64,000 nt of DNA from NCBI GenBank assembly GCA_002245135.1, contig NGBS01000621.1, positions 1-64,000 of the forward strand, written 5' to 3'. Shown piece by piece: positions 37,214-51,825 of this stretch; position 1 is the first letter of the stretch, and the number at the start of each line of letters is the position of its first letter. The position numbers were made by a program, and so were the translations under genes. The notes below the pieces were generated by a model. It was given only the letters and a program-made list of their open reading frames with translations, did not search any database and was not told the DNA's origin. The stretch comes from Proteromonas lacertae (Eukaryota).

Positions 37214-39864
37214 GAATCTGATACTGATATTGAATTACTCAGCATTAATGAAGTATTTGACTTATCCTATCCAGAACTTGAATCCTATTTAACAAAAATA
37301 TTTGAAGTGTTAAATAATGATACAAACATCAAGTCAAAATCAGCTATATTATCATATATAACTACTTCCAGTGAAACTCCAAAATTTGCAAATATTATCT
37401 CCTCTTCAGCTATTATTGAATTATTAGTAGAGTTATTACAAGAATCACCTGCTAAATTTCAATTACAAGTGGCTTATTCATTAGGAATAATATTTAAAAA
37501 TTCAACTTTTATATCTCCAAAGATTGGTGAAAAATCGAAAATATTTGAAGTTTTTGAACAATTGTTATTAACTTCGTATATAATAATATATATATAATTA
37601 TTATAATATATAAATATATAGTGAAACTTCAATTCCACTAAAGCGTAAAATCTTCATTTGTTTAGGTGAATTATTATATTATACAATAACAGCAGTATAT
37701 ATTATTATTATATTATTTATTTATTTGTTATTAGTATGTTGATCCAGCAGTCACAACTCATTGGATAGTTCCAGAATCAATATTCATATTAATCTATACA
37801 GTAAGTACCAGTATAAATGATGAAGGAATAATCAATATTGGATGTAAGATATTGCTTAATATATTCAGCCAAAGAGTACAATCTCCTTTTTGCAAGACAT
37901 TTATTTCGAATGAGTATCTATCATTTGTATTCGGTGTATTTCAATCAAAATCTATTAAATTAAGAGAAACTGGATTGTTTACACTATTACATATGATTCG
38001 ATTTGATAAAACAATAGTAGAAACATTTTATTTACCAATTGAAACGACTAGTAATGTAACGAATATATCACCTCCTCAAGCCAAAGGTCAAGCCAATAAA
38101 ATATACATTAATACAGATGTATTGGTATTACTATTAGAAAATAAAGATCCTCATATAATTCAAGCTTCAACTACTCTATTGTTAATATTATTAAATGATA
38201 TAATAAATAATAATTACAGCAATAATAATGAAAATATAATGAATATAATGAACAAGTGGTATTCTGTATTACCCTCTATTTTAATCAATATATTAATCAA
38301 TCCAAACAATACTCCAGTAAGCTATGGTAAATGCTTATTATCTATTTCATTACTATTCAATAGAAAATATGATATTTTATTAAAATTATTAAATATGAAA
38401 TTATTAAACAAAATGGAGAAATTATCTAATAAAGAAGCTTATCCAAGTGTATTCTTAGAAAAATGTATTGAAATACTGCTAAAATCAATAATGAAAATAT
38501 TTAAGATATTATTTATGGATTTAGAAAAACGATTAAAATCAGAAGAATCATCTCATAATAGTTTTACAGTATTTGAAATTGTATTGATTTGTTTATCTCA
38601 GTATATATATATATATATATATATATTATTTATAGTCAATATACACGTAAATATCTATTAAATGAAGAAATGTTAATGATATTATCCAATTGTATCAACC
38701 TTTCCATCAAATATAATGGAAAAGAGAAAAAACAAATTATGGAATCGTTATTCATTTGTATTGGCTCATTAAAATCAGATATTTCATTTATTAAAAAACA
38801 TTATGATATTATGATACAATCATTTGTACCGTCTCTTACAGTACTATTCCATAATAAAGATGTTAACATTCGAGCCTTAAGCTTGTCTTTGTATAGTGAA
38901 TTATTACCTGTCATATTATCTTGTACAAAACAGAATGACAGTAATTATTTCAATTATATTATACAATCTTTACTACCTACTATTAATACGTTTTTTAGTG
39001 ATGAAAGTCCTATTCCACTGTATTGTATAAGAATAATTAGCGATTTAATCAAGTGGAGTGAGAGTATAGTAAATGCGATTGTTAAATTGAATATGATTCC
39101 CATTATTATGAAGTATTTGAAAGATATACAGATTGATAGTGCTACTGAATCAACAGTTACATTGATATGTATATTGATTAGCAAAGCAGATATCAATATT
39201 ATTGAATTAATTGTATATATATATAATGTTATTATGTTATTATTATAGAGATATGATATAATTAACTTCTTGTGTAGTAAATTGGATTATTGTGTTGGTA
39301 GTTCTCAGATTGATTTAGCTGTTATGATTGTGGATAGCTTATATGATTTGTTATACTCTTATTTGGATTATATAAAAACACCTGAAAGTATATGTTTATT
39401 ATATAGGTCTATAGATGTGGATGATGAGTTAGATTCAAAATTAGATATATTACCATCCACTGTACCATCACTATTGGAAGTAGTTACCAATATTCAATAT
39501 CCAGAATCAAGAGCATCTCACTGTTTGTTGATTATAACACAGAAATATGAAATTTATAATATTTTAAAACAAACTAAGAATCAAGCCTCCATTATTCATG
39601 CTTTGGAAGTTAGAACAGAGAGGACATTACAGAGATTGCTGCATATCTTATTGTATATATACAAATTTATTTTATATATTATAGAGTGTCTTTCCAAAAT
39701 AGCAAAGAATTTCAAGTAGATGATTGGAAGAAAACAGATTTAAAAGGAATATTAGGAACTGTTACATTCCAATAGTATATATAAATATAATATATGTTGT
39801 TAATAGTAAAAATAACCCCTCTGTCTTGAGTTTATTAAATACTATAATTCAATACCTTAAATAG
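35647..39864 (+). CDS. ULK4: ULK4/RUNKEL pseudokinase with C-terminal HEAT/ARM repeats (many introns)
   Basis: MENYQLYGEIAKGSYST.YKGR, FYNWYQSRSHLWIVEEYCIGGDL, YEDLKPSNIL, LKLSNFGLS, RGTPYYMAPEL, DESPIPLYCIRI. Confidence 0.9.
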
Positions 39865-40006
39865 TTTTATTTTCTTTTAATATGACTTTATATATAGTAT
39901 TATTTAATAAATATTTTGTTTATAAGATATGAAATTCAATTAATTACCAAATATTATTCTTAAAGACTAGTACAAGATTAATAAATCTTAAAATTTTAAT
40001 TAACTA

Positions 40007-41946
40007 CTATGATTCTTCTTCCATTATTACATTCTCATCTTTCTTTTCCTCATTAATTTGAGAATTAGGTTTAGGTGGTAATGGAGGAGGTATATTATCA
40101 TCACTAATTGTATTTTTAGGAGGTAAAGGTGGTGGAATATCGTTTCCTTCATTTTCTACATTCATTGGCATATCAATTTCATCATCTTCGTTTTCTTTAT
40201 TGTTATTTGATTTATTTATATAAATAACACCTTCTTCAGGTATTTCACCTGGTTCTAATTCATCTTCAACAACTCTTTTAATTGGAATTTTTTCTTCTTT
40301 ATTTTCATTATTATTTTCTTCATTCATCATCATCTAATCCATAATCTATTTTGTTCTTCACTGTATATATTATCTTACCATTCTTACTCTTCACTGCTAT
40401 CTAACAATTGTTGATCGGATTTATAATACATTGCGTAATAATCAAAGAAATAAGAACCTGGCCTTCTGCTCATATCATATAAATAATCACAATCGCTGTT
40501 AATATGTTCAACTCTACTGAAATTATGATTTTTGAAAAAGTCATCCCATTCCTCTTTAGATTCATAATAAGTACGAAATTCACTACAATAATTCGGTTGT
40601 TCTGGTGGAAATGACCAAACTACACTATACAAGCCATGTAATAAATCAAGCAAAGCTTGACATGGAGGTTTATAAGTCATCATGTTCTCTGATGATAATA
40701 CATCCATTGGGGGTTAAAATCCTTTTCATTTCTTCGATCATTTTTTCTTTATTCTCTATATGATGAAATGTCATAAACATAAAAATTAAATCGATTGACT
40801 CATTCTCGTAAGGAAGTGTGCTATCTTCATTGATTGTCTTAAATACCATCTTTTCTTTGTCTTCCGATGGTATATCTCTTAACATCACAACCGTTGATAT
40901 TCTCTTTTGAAAATCCAAATAATTCACCTAACAAATGGGTTATATTACCTTCAGCACATCCTATATCCAGCATATTCTTAAATCCCCAATCAAAATCATG
41001 CAAATTCAACAAATTATCAACCTATTCAATAAAAATAGAAATATATTAATAAAATAATTATACATCATTTACTCTTCTTGTAGCACGATAAAATGTTTGC
41101 TCAGGTGTCCATCCAGCATATTTCTCTTTAAAGATACTTTCGTTCTCTAATTTCCTATGTTCTTGAGCTAATGCAGTATAAATATAACTATCTGAATGTT
41201 TTGATTCATCATCAGATTTTAAACAATCACCAATTCGATTTATTAAACATTTTCTAATATCATAGGGGATTTTATTGGATTTTAAATAAATTAAATTTTC
41301 AAAACTCTTTCTCCATATGCCTGTTAAACGGTATAAATAGTTAAACTGACATTCTGATTGAATTGATGGAGATTTATATTCGTTTGTACTTTGCGAAAAA
41401 CTGAATTCATCATAATTAGTAATGTTTGATTCTTCAATTAGTTGGCTTTTGAACTCTTGTTAACACATCGTAAGTATAATTAAACTCAATATTTGGATTA
41501 CTCTCTTGTAAGTAATAATCATTATAATTTTCTATTGCATTATCACTTTTACGACGTATTATAATGATTGGTATTGATATAGTTGTCAGTGTCTCCAGCA
41601 AACTATCATCTTTTGTGTAATTATATAATACAATAGCTCCAGCAGTATCATCATGTGAATATACTTCTTTAAAATATGTGCTTATATCAGGTACATCTAG
41701 AAAATTGAGTTTCTTATAGAAAAAGTTTCGATAAATGACATGAAGCACTTTTTGCTCTTGAACAAAAATCTTTTCAAAGTTGCGAGACAATAACAAGGAA
41801 GAAAGGATTTTATTGTCCCATAGATATGGAATTATTAATTTCTTCTTGGAACGTGTAATTGAGTTGTAACTCATCTCTGATCCGTATTTCTTCCTTATAT
41901 TTCCAATATACCTGTGAAAGCATTTCTCTTCACTGGTGTTTGACAT
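40007..41946 (-). CDS. Class I SAM-dependent methyltransferase with long N-terminal extension and acidic/Pro-rich tail (introns, frameshifts)
   Basis: MLDIGCAEGNIT, LPYENESIDLI, FHHIENKEKMIEEMKRILTPNGCIIIREHD, LLDLLHGLYSVVW. Confidence 0.82.
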
Positions 41947-42009
41947 GATTTTATTAATTTCAAAAAATATTGTCGTTTTATTCAAAAATTTGAATTTTGA
42001 AAGTTGAAT

Positions 42010-43577
42010 ATGTCAACTAGTCAAAGTAGTAATGAGATCTCAAGTGGTAGTTCACCATCTAATTCACAAGTGCTATTGGAATATCAAGATAAATACGAAA
42101 AAGAGAAAAGAAAATATGAATCACTCTTAAAAAGATTGAAAGAAGTAAGAATTTACTATTTATTTAATTATCTAGAAAGAAGATAGAAAAATGGAATTGA
42201 AGAAAGAACAATTTGAATATCGAAAGAAAATCAGAGAAACTATAGAACATGGAGTATATTTAAGAGAATAATATAGGTTATGAATAGAATGAAGATCAAA
42301 AAGCAACACAAGAAACATTGAAAAGATTAGAGAATGGATTAAATGCAGCAATGGAACAAGTAACAAACGCACAACAAGCATCACAAGGAGAAGATAGTAA
42401 ACTACAAGCTGAGCTCGACCAATTAGAATTAGAACTAAGGCTAAAACAAGAATTTGAACAGAAATGTGATGCATTAAGAGCAGAACATCTTGCTTCACTC
42501 TCAGAAATACAACAACAGTTTGATATAGAAGTTGAATTAATCAATAACAAAATAGATCCAGATTATGATAAGAAGATGATGGAACAAAATGAGGAAATCA
42601 ATGGAATTCAAAGTGATATTGATAATGTGAAGATATTGATGCATAGAAATGAATTAAGAATAGCACAATTAGAAGTATATATATAAATTGATTATATTTA
42701 ATTAATAGAAAGAGAAGAGTCATCTTTTAGAGAATAAAAACACAAATGAAATTGAATTATTACAAACAACAGTAAAGTTGGAAAAACAAGTGAATGAATT
42801 ACAACAAATATTAGTTCATGAAAAGGAAGAAGTATATATATATATATATATATATATTAAATTTATTTATTTCTATAATCTATTAGAATCATGAATTGAA
42901 CATAGCCTTAATAGATAAACAAAATAAATTCTATGCAATCAAACAAGACAAAGATAAAATATATTCACAATATATTGCAGTAAAAACAGAATTGGAACAA
43001 GAACAAAGTAAATATGATGATTGTGTTTGTGAATATAATAATAAAATTCAAATATTACAAGAGCAAATGATTGTATATTATTATTATTATTATTATTATT
43101 TGTAAATAGTCATTAAAAGATAAATTATCTGCTGATAATCAGCAATTACAATCAGAAAACACAAAATCAATTGAAAATTGTAAAGCGATGCAATTACGAT
43201 ATGAAGATCAATTAAGACAGATTCAAGCTGCAACTCGAGAATTAGATATGTGTAGAAGTAGAGTCAGAGCAATAGGACAAGAAAAAGATGCAAAAGATAG
43301 AGAATGTGGTGATGTAAAGAATGAAATTAATGAGTTGAATGTAGAAATACCAAAGCTAAAGAAAGTATTGAGTGATTTGAAGAAAGGATATAATGAATCA
43401 AAACAGAAAACAATAAAAAACAAAGAAGACTTGGATAATAAATATAATTTATTGTTGAAGAAGTATAATAAACTTAAATCAGATGCTCAAATACTTAAAG
43501 AATATTATAAGAAATTAAAAATGTCACAAAATCAAATTCCTCAATACAATGATTCAATAGATAGTGATTTATTATAA
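42010..43577 (+). CDS. Hypothetical long coiled-coil protein (multi-intron)
   Basis: Heptad-rich exons at 42010-42146, 42318-42674, 42896-43072 and 43111-43577 plus small intervening exons. Confidence 0.75.
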
Positions 43578-43634
43578 TTAATAATTACATTAATATCATA
43601 ATTTTTCTGTTTCTATTAACTATAACTATAATTA

Positions 43635-46600
43635 TTATGATTTCGTTTCTTCAGGTTTTGATTCATCTTTTTTCTCTTCTGTTTCAACTGGTTTTGTTTC
43701 TTCTTTCTTTTCCTCAGCTGCTGGTTTAACTACCTCTACTTTCGTTTCTTCCTTCTTCTCTTCTGCTGCTTCTGGCTTTACTTCTTCCACCTTTGTTTCA
43801 TCTTTCTTTGCTTCTTCACCTTCTGGCTTTACATCTTCTACTTTAATATCATCAGCCTTCTTTTCATCTGTCTCTGTTGGTCCTTTAATTGGTTCAACAA
43901 GCATCAGTCTTAACTTCATCTTTCTTTTCACCTGAATTATTTGATTTATCACTTGGTGAAGTAATACCTGGAGAAATAATACCAGGTGATGGTATAGCAA
44001 ATTCATCTCCTTTATCTTGTGGAGACATTTTCAAAGTTCCTGAATCCATTGGACTAAATGGAGCTGGAGTATTCATACCTGACATACTATTAGCATTACT
44101 TTTATTAACCACTGGAGTATTTAGGAAACTAGAACCATTCTGTCTATTCTGCCCAGCTGTGAAACTGTTTGGTGCAAATGAATTAGCATTTCCATCATTT
44201 ATTGCTCTTCCTACAACTGTTTTTGATGCATTTAAGTTTATCGGTTGACTAAATCCTAATGTTCCAAAACCAAAGTTATTCATTTGTTTTGATACTGTTG
44301 TTTTTGCTACAAATATACCCAATTTTTCTTGAACTGATTTCTTTAGATCTTCAGATAGATCTTCATAGTTTTTATACCATTTCATTAACATATCTGCACG
44401 TTTTGCATGTGAAGAAATTGCAAATGATTGACTTGTCTCTCTTGAAATACTTAATCGAATATCTAATATAGCACCATCAAAAATAGTTGGGCTGATTTTA
44501 CTTAATTCTGCATTAATCATTTTTTTAACACTTTCACTTAATCTAATTTCATTAGTGGCAATATATTTATCATAGATTTCAGTTGCCATTTGTTTCATTT
44601 CAAATTCACCCCACAGCTTTGTAGGAATTGTTTTAATCTTTGGATTATTTGCTTGAGTTGGATTCTTTGCTAAATGAATTGTATTTTTTCTAAATTCCAT
44701 TAATTTTTCATAAAAATTAATCCTATATATATATAAAACATAATATAATATATATATAATATATATTCATACTTTTCTTCATCCATCAATTCCCTCATAT
44801 GTAATTTCAAACAACTTCTTTTAATTGGATTATCAAACAAATCACTTATCGCTTCATTATCTTCTTTAATTTCTTGATTCTTATGAGTCTTGATATAAGC
44901 ATAACTACCCCAAAAGAATGTACATATTACACACAATACAAACCTCAATAATGTCAATAAAACCAACATAATACCAGTTTGGAAATCAGTTCCAGCATTA
45001 TATACTTCAAATATATTTAAAACACCAGTTATTAATGAAAACAAGAAAGAACTTCGATTAAACCAACGGATTTCTTTACCAACGGTTGATCTTTCTACAG
45101 CTAACTGACTATACATAGAAACTACAGCGACAACAATTGGTACAGCATATGCTAACAGAGTTTCACCTAGATCTCTACCACATATTTTAATTGGTATTGT
45201 GACACGATTTACATTTACACTATATTCAATTGATTCATCACCAAGCTACAACGAAAAATAATAAACATTCTAAACCCATTATTGGAATAAAGAATTGGAA
45301 ATAAAAGAAATAATCTGATCTACTACTCATATTCCTTAAAACATGGACATAATGATTATAAAAAGTTGCTACAAAGACTGATATTTGTGAAGAAGTAAGT
45401 GCTAATGCTGTTAAAGCGTTGGTAACTTTACAATTTGATGTTGACATGTTATTCATTAAGAAAAATATTAAAAATAATAACAAAGAAACTTGGTTCATTA
45501 TATAAAACAATGGTCTGGTTCTATAAACAATTTCAATTTTACCTTTTGTCTTTAAGAAGATTAAAGTAAAAGTATAAACCATTTGAATAAAGAATATAGC
45601 AGCCAATATGATAAATATAATACCCATGCTGAATGGTAATATATTACAATTAATACTCTTCGTTGGGGGAGTTTCTAAACCACCAAAACAAGTTGAATTT
45701 ACATCTTTATGGAATGTAATATCTCTACTAATTGTACCACAATCTTCTAAAGTGTATCGATAATCATTTAATACACAATCAGCTAATTCCTTTGAAACAG
45801 AAACAGCAATTGTTTCAAAACAAGAGATAGTTTCAGAACCAACTGATTTGATAAAAAATGCTGGTAAGACTGCTGATTTAACATATGCTCTGATTGTTAT
45901 TAAAGCACTACTTCCTGCTGGGATTTTTCCACTTGTTGGTGATACTGTATAAGCAATATCAGCTTCTATTTCATATTCAGCTTCATAATCACTTTTGTTA
46001 GTTAAAGTGATATTTTCTGTTTGATAACTATCAGTTGAAGAGTATCGAAATACAATTGTTGTTCTAGAAGGAACCCAATTATAAGATGTATCAACATCTG
46101 CTTGTCTTACTATTGATAATAAATAAAATAGATTTCTAATGGGTAATCCAATATGTACATGATATGGAACGATCTTTATACTATCACCATTTGTTTTTTC
46201 TCTTACTGATACTGTGGTTGTCACTAATCCTTTGTCTATAGCAGTCATTATAGTTTCAAACCCAGTTCGAGCATCTTTCAGTGTTTTTTGACTGGTTAAA
46301 ACTGATTCCTTTGTTTCTTCTTCACCAAATACTAATTTGAACATTGCTTCTAAACCACCGATTGGTTGACCTTTTGATGTGATTAATAAATAATATCCAG
46401 TAAGGCTTGGAGGCTTGTCTAATAATTCGTGTAATATATCCGTTAGATTCAGTTGTACACCAATTACTCCATAATATCTTTCATCTCTATATATTGGAAT
46501 TCCCAGAAAAGCTTGTGTATTTTCATTTACTGGGTTATATATAGAAGATGAAACGAACGGTAATTTTTGAGGGTTATTTTCTTGCGTAGATAAATATAAA

Positions 46601-47241
46601 CCTTGATAAATAGGGTTTTTGAATGGGAGAATTACCATAATCAATACAGATTCCTTGCTCATTATATTCACTGTGAGAATATGTATATCTGAATATACTG
46701 TCCATACCAAATGATGCAGTTACATGTATAGTATGATCTATACTATTGTAACCTATACTCATTCTATAGCATTAACATAAAAATAATAAATATATATACA
46801 TATCTGTCTAACGAGACTATATACTTTAAATATTCATTAATTTGTTGATCAGTGAATTTTTGGCCTGTAATATTACTCATATGGACATATATGTATGAAT
46901 TATCAGAAGAGTAATAAAAAGAGCTACTGACGTTTGCACAAGGAGTAAAATCGTTTTTAGTAATTGAAGATACTGCAACTGAACTATCTAACTGTTCTAT
47001 TGTTGAATATAGAAATGTAATGGATGCAAACACCATATGATCAAAACAAGATGCTAATATAGTTGATTTTTTTGAGATCAAATCATTATTACATGCGTTT
47101 AGCACTCTAAAAAATATAAAGCCAGATTATACGTCTCACTACTACATTTTATATCAGCATTGACTGCCGAAACAATTAATATTAAAAAAACTACAATATA
47201 AAATAATTGATCATACACAGCTGGTTAAAATGATAATTCAT
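43635..47241 (-). CDS. Signal peptide - dCache-like sensor - MSP/Ig-like - Cys stalk - class C-like 7TM - RGS domain - E/K-rich tail receptor
   Basis: Cache-like SSIYNPVNENTQAFLGIPIYRDERYYGVIGVQLNLTDI...TGYYLLITSKGQPI; MSP-like NITLTNKS...VSPTSGKIPAGSSALITI; stalk CVLNDYRYTLEDC...CFGGLETPP...C; seven hydrophobic segments; RGS MATEIYDKYI...LSESVKKMI...PTIFDGAILDIRLSISRETSQSFAIS. Confidence 0.75.
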
Positions 47242-47351
47242 TTTATAACGAAAATCAGTTATTCAAAAGTTCGGCTTGAGATTTCTATTTTTGTGTTTTT
47301 AACATTAGCTACAATACAAATCCACAACAAAATTACATAATCGTTATAAAT

Positions 47352-50300
47352 TCATTCTTCTAAATCATTTCCTTCACTGTCTTCTGAATACTCTTCATCA
47401 GCTGAATCAGATTCACTCATTATTAAAGTATCTCTTCTTACAATTCTTGTCTTTTCTTTATTAATAGGCGTAGATAGACCGGTAATATTAAGTTGTATAT
47501 TATTTCTTTTACAAATATTTTTTAACAATTGAAAATACATATTAATTGTTGTTAAAGATTTCTTTACTTTTTCCTTTTCACATTGGATTATTATCACATC
47601 ATACACTTTATAGATCGGTTCTAATACTTTTTCAAAACATTCTTTTGATTTCATTGTATATATTGATTCATCATATTCTGGCTATAAATATATATATGAA
47701 TATAATCTAAAAATATACCGAATTTCTCCAATTATCAATTCTATCAACTTGATTGATTAGAATAAATGAAATATTTGTATAAAATGACTGTCTTGCTTCA
47801 ACTGCAATTTCATTATATAATGGTTCACATTGGATAATAGCTAAAAATGACAATAAATCGTTTATTATTGATATAAGTTCATCATATGGAGTATTATAAT
47901 GATTTTCAGTTATGTTTATCATTGATGGTTGATATTGATCAATTGAATAAAGAATAACTATCTCAAAGAGTGTAATGAAAGAAAATATTGTATCTTCTGA
48001 TATTGGATTACTTTTTACATTAGACAATTTATATTTTTTATTGGTTTTTACATTTTCTTTATTCTTAACAAATTCATCAAGGAATTGTTTTATACCAATT
48101 ATTAATCCATAATAATCTGATATTTTGCCATTATCCAATAATAATGATGCATTTTGAAATAAATAATAACAATAATTGAATCTTCTAATAGCAGACAACA
48201 TGTTCTGATATTTTATTATTGAAAAAACAGGAAATTGCATATACAAATTATCTATTGATAGTGGAAATCTAAGAACAATAAACAATTAAAAACATACACT
48301 GTTAAAATCACTTTTATGCTGTTTTCTATACACTTTTTCTTTTTTGCTTCTTCATTATCATGCAATAGGAAAAATATATGCATGATGAAAGTAGCAATTG
48401 TACTATCAGTTACAGTAAATCCATCTGATAATGTTAAAATTGATTCAAAATACTCAAATCTATACAGATACAGTTACAATTAGATATTATAATTCTTATA
48501 CATAGTCAAATTAATTGTCTTTAAAGCATCAGAGAAACATTTCATAAAGTCATCTTTAAATTCTTTACTTATTTCATCTTTAAAAGAAAAAATATTGATA
48601 AATAATTGGAAATATGTTTGTAAGATATTAGATATCTCTTTACAGAATGAATTATCATTGGCTATTTGAATATAATAATAATAATTTATACAACTTCTTC
48701 TTCTTTCCAACATTTCAACAGAATTTTTTATGAAAATGACAATATATTTTAATGTCTCTTCATATATTATCTTGTTGAATATATTCTTCAGATGTTTTGA
48801 TGGAATGAATATATACCTTTCTTTTAACCTTTCAAAGTGTGAGTATAATTGAACAATACAGTAATAATGAACAGAATTATAGTTATATATTTCATCACCT
48901 CCTATTCTTATGATAGCTGTAAAAGTATTCTTCAAAAGCTCTAATCTAACCAATTGTATATGTTTATAATAACAATTCAACAAGTATTTCTCACTCTTAT
49001 TATTAATTTTACTTTTTATTTTTTCATAGTTATTTTTACACTGTAATACATCTTGATAATACTTATTTAATAATTCAATCTATTCATATTGTACATTATC
49101 AAAATATACTTTATTATTATTTGAACTTTTACTGATTATGGATATATCTAAACTATCTTCTAAATTGGTGATTGTAACGAATATATCATAAGTTAATAAA
49201 CTTTTCCAATAAACATCACAGACTGTATTTCCTTTTTTGGTTTTATTTTTGTTTGTTTCAACAATAACAATACTAGATTCTTTTTTACTAAATGGGATTA
49301 AAACATTTGAATTTAGATAATTTGTCATAATATAAAATTGTAATATTGCATTTGGAGATATAGAATTATAAATATATAATGAAGAATCATTACTGGACAT
49401 TGTACTAATTATATAATTCTTAATATATGAAAAATATTTTTCAATATTAAAACTGGGAGATGTATTAACAGCAACATCATTTTTTCTTTCAATTTCATAT
49501 GTTTCAAGTAACATTTTTATTTGCTTATAATTATTCATTAGCAGTGATGAGTTTTCAGTATTTATTGATAGAATATTCGATGTCAAGAACAAACAGATTT
49601 GATTTGTTATCTATATATATATATATCAATATATAAGCGTCATATAATACATATAATGGACAACTTTTTAATATTAATGATAAATAGTTTGCCATATTCA
49701 TTAGATTTGTTGGTGTTGAATAATCTTCAGCTTTTTTGATTCTATTCATCCATATATATATAATATGATATAGAAATACTCTTTTGATTTTTCTATACAT
49801 AATGAAAGTACAGTCCACATTATTTGATAATCAGGATACTTTGTTTTTAATACTTTTTCTATAAATATCATTATATTTGAGTTTCTATCTAAATTGATCA
49901 ACTTCGAAAACAGTTTTATAAATAACAATATAATTGATGAATCTGTTGAATTTACTATATCATATCAATAAGAATATTTTAATATACAATCTATTTCATT
50001 AATAAAATAACTTTCAAAAGCATCATAATATCTACTAATATCACATTTGTCATATAATTCTTCTAGAATCTGCACTGAGGTATATTTTGCATTTTTTGAT
50101 AAACTCTTCGATTGCGCTGAGAGAATATTGAACAAATCTCTTAAAATCTACATAAATAATATATCAATAATATTAATACACAAATCTGTATTTGATGAAA
50201 TTTGTTATATAGAATAGGAAAAGAATGAATTACATTATATTTTGATTCATTCTTAGTAGAATCATGAAATAATATTATTTCAATAAAATTCAGTAATGGT

Positions 50301-51333
50301 TGACCATATTGTTCATCATTTACTAGAAATAATAACAATTACACAATAAATATTATACATACTTTCAACAATATCGTTTATAAACTGCTGCAAAATATCA
50401 ATATTGAAATAATCATTATTCCATCCTTTTATAATCAATTCTATTCATTTATAAAAACAAAATTGATTAATAAATATAATACGTTTCATATGTTCAACAT
50501 ATTCATTATCTTTTAAGAACAACAATATCAAAAATAAATCACAGTAATGCCATTCATCTACACATAGAATCTCATGAACATATGAATTATAGAATTCTAT
50601 AATATCAACATAATATAATATTATACTATTTATAAATGTCATACAAAAACACATTTTCTGGATTATTTCGATTGATTCTATAAATTCAAGTTCAATTAAT
50701 TGGTTTCTAATCATTGGACAAATCTATAACAACAATTATGATTTTGATATTTATTAAAATTATACATTGTTAGTGTTAACGAGTAATTCTCCTCTTAATA
50801 TATTTTGAATTAAGTCTGGCCATTCATGAGGATCAATACCATAAAATCCAGTAGATATAATAATTTGAATATCTTCTAGTTGTTGTTGATTGAATGAGAA
50901 TTGACTTAATGTCTGTAATATTGGTAATGTCAATGATTCTGGGTGTAATTTTTGAAGTTCTATACATTTTGATATTAACATAGATAGTTCACCTAATAAT
51001 AAAAAAATGACTATTATACTATTTGTACAACCAATAATTGATGGCAATTTTTGCAAATACGTTTTTATTTCATCATCTTTATTTAATGTACAAAAAATTT
51101 GAAGTATAGCATTTGTTATTTCTGGAGTTTTTGTAGATATCTCACATAATTTATCTATTAACTTGAAAGTAGATTCTGTAGATATCTATATCCGCAATAT
51201 GTATTTATATTAACTATACATCCTTATATAAAAGAGATATCAAATCTAAAGAGTATTGATCTAGATTAGATTTGTAATTAATAGCTGTTGCATATGAAAG
51301 TAATTTTCTAACTTCATCTTCACAATTTTGCAT
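47352..51333 (-). CDS. Large helical-repeat protein, FANCD2-like N-terminal region (many introns)
   Basis: ELQKLHPESLTLPILQTLSQFSF...GIDPHEWPDLIQNIL resembles FANCD2 LTVPILD.LS.L...EDLPV.IKFIL. The C-terminus is acidic and less clearly FANCD2-like. Confidence 0.5.
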
Positions 51334-51825
51334 ATACTTTATAAAATAGATATTCAAATAATTATAGTCGTTTCATCAAGCTTTTATCAAACAATTCGTT
51401 ATAAAAACTGAATTTATTATAAAATGAATAAAAAAAGTGTAAAAATATGAGGTATGATAGGATACGATTAACTATAATTCATTTAAAATAAAAAACAAAA
51501 CAACACAAATCTGTTATTCTTTTTCATTCTTTTCTTCCCAAATAGATGAATTATGCAATACTATGCTAGTTTTAAACAATATATAACCAATTTACCTAAT
51601 CCAGGTCATCATCTTATATAACTAATTTTTTACAAAATGTGAATTTAAATGCTCTAATAATTGTTTAGAAATAACGATTATAAATCATACTTTGCTATAA
51701 ATGAATTTATTCAGCATGATTAGTTACAACCGTCATTCATGAACTTGTTAAATATGAATATGCTTCATTTTAAGCCTAAATTGTTTCAAAAAATATAGTC
51801 GTTTCATAAAATCATTGTCATTTTT

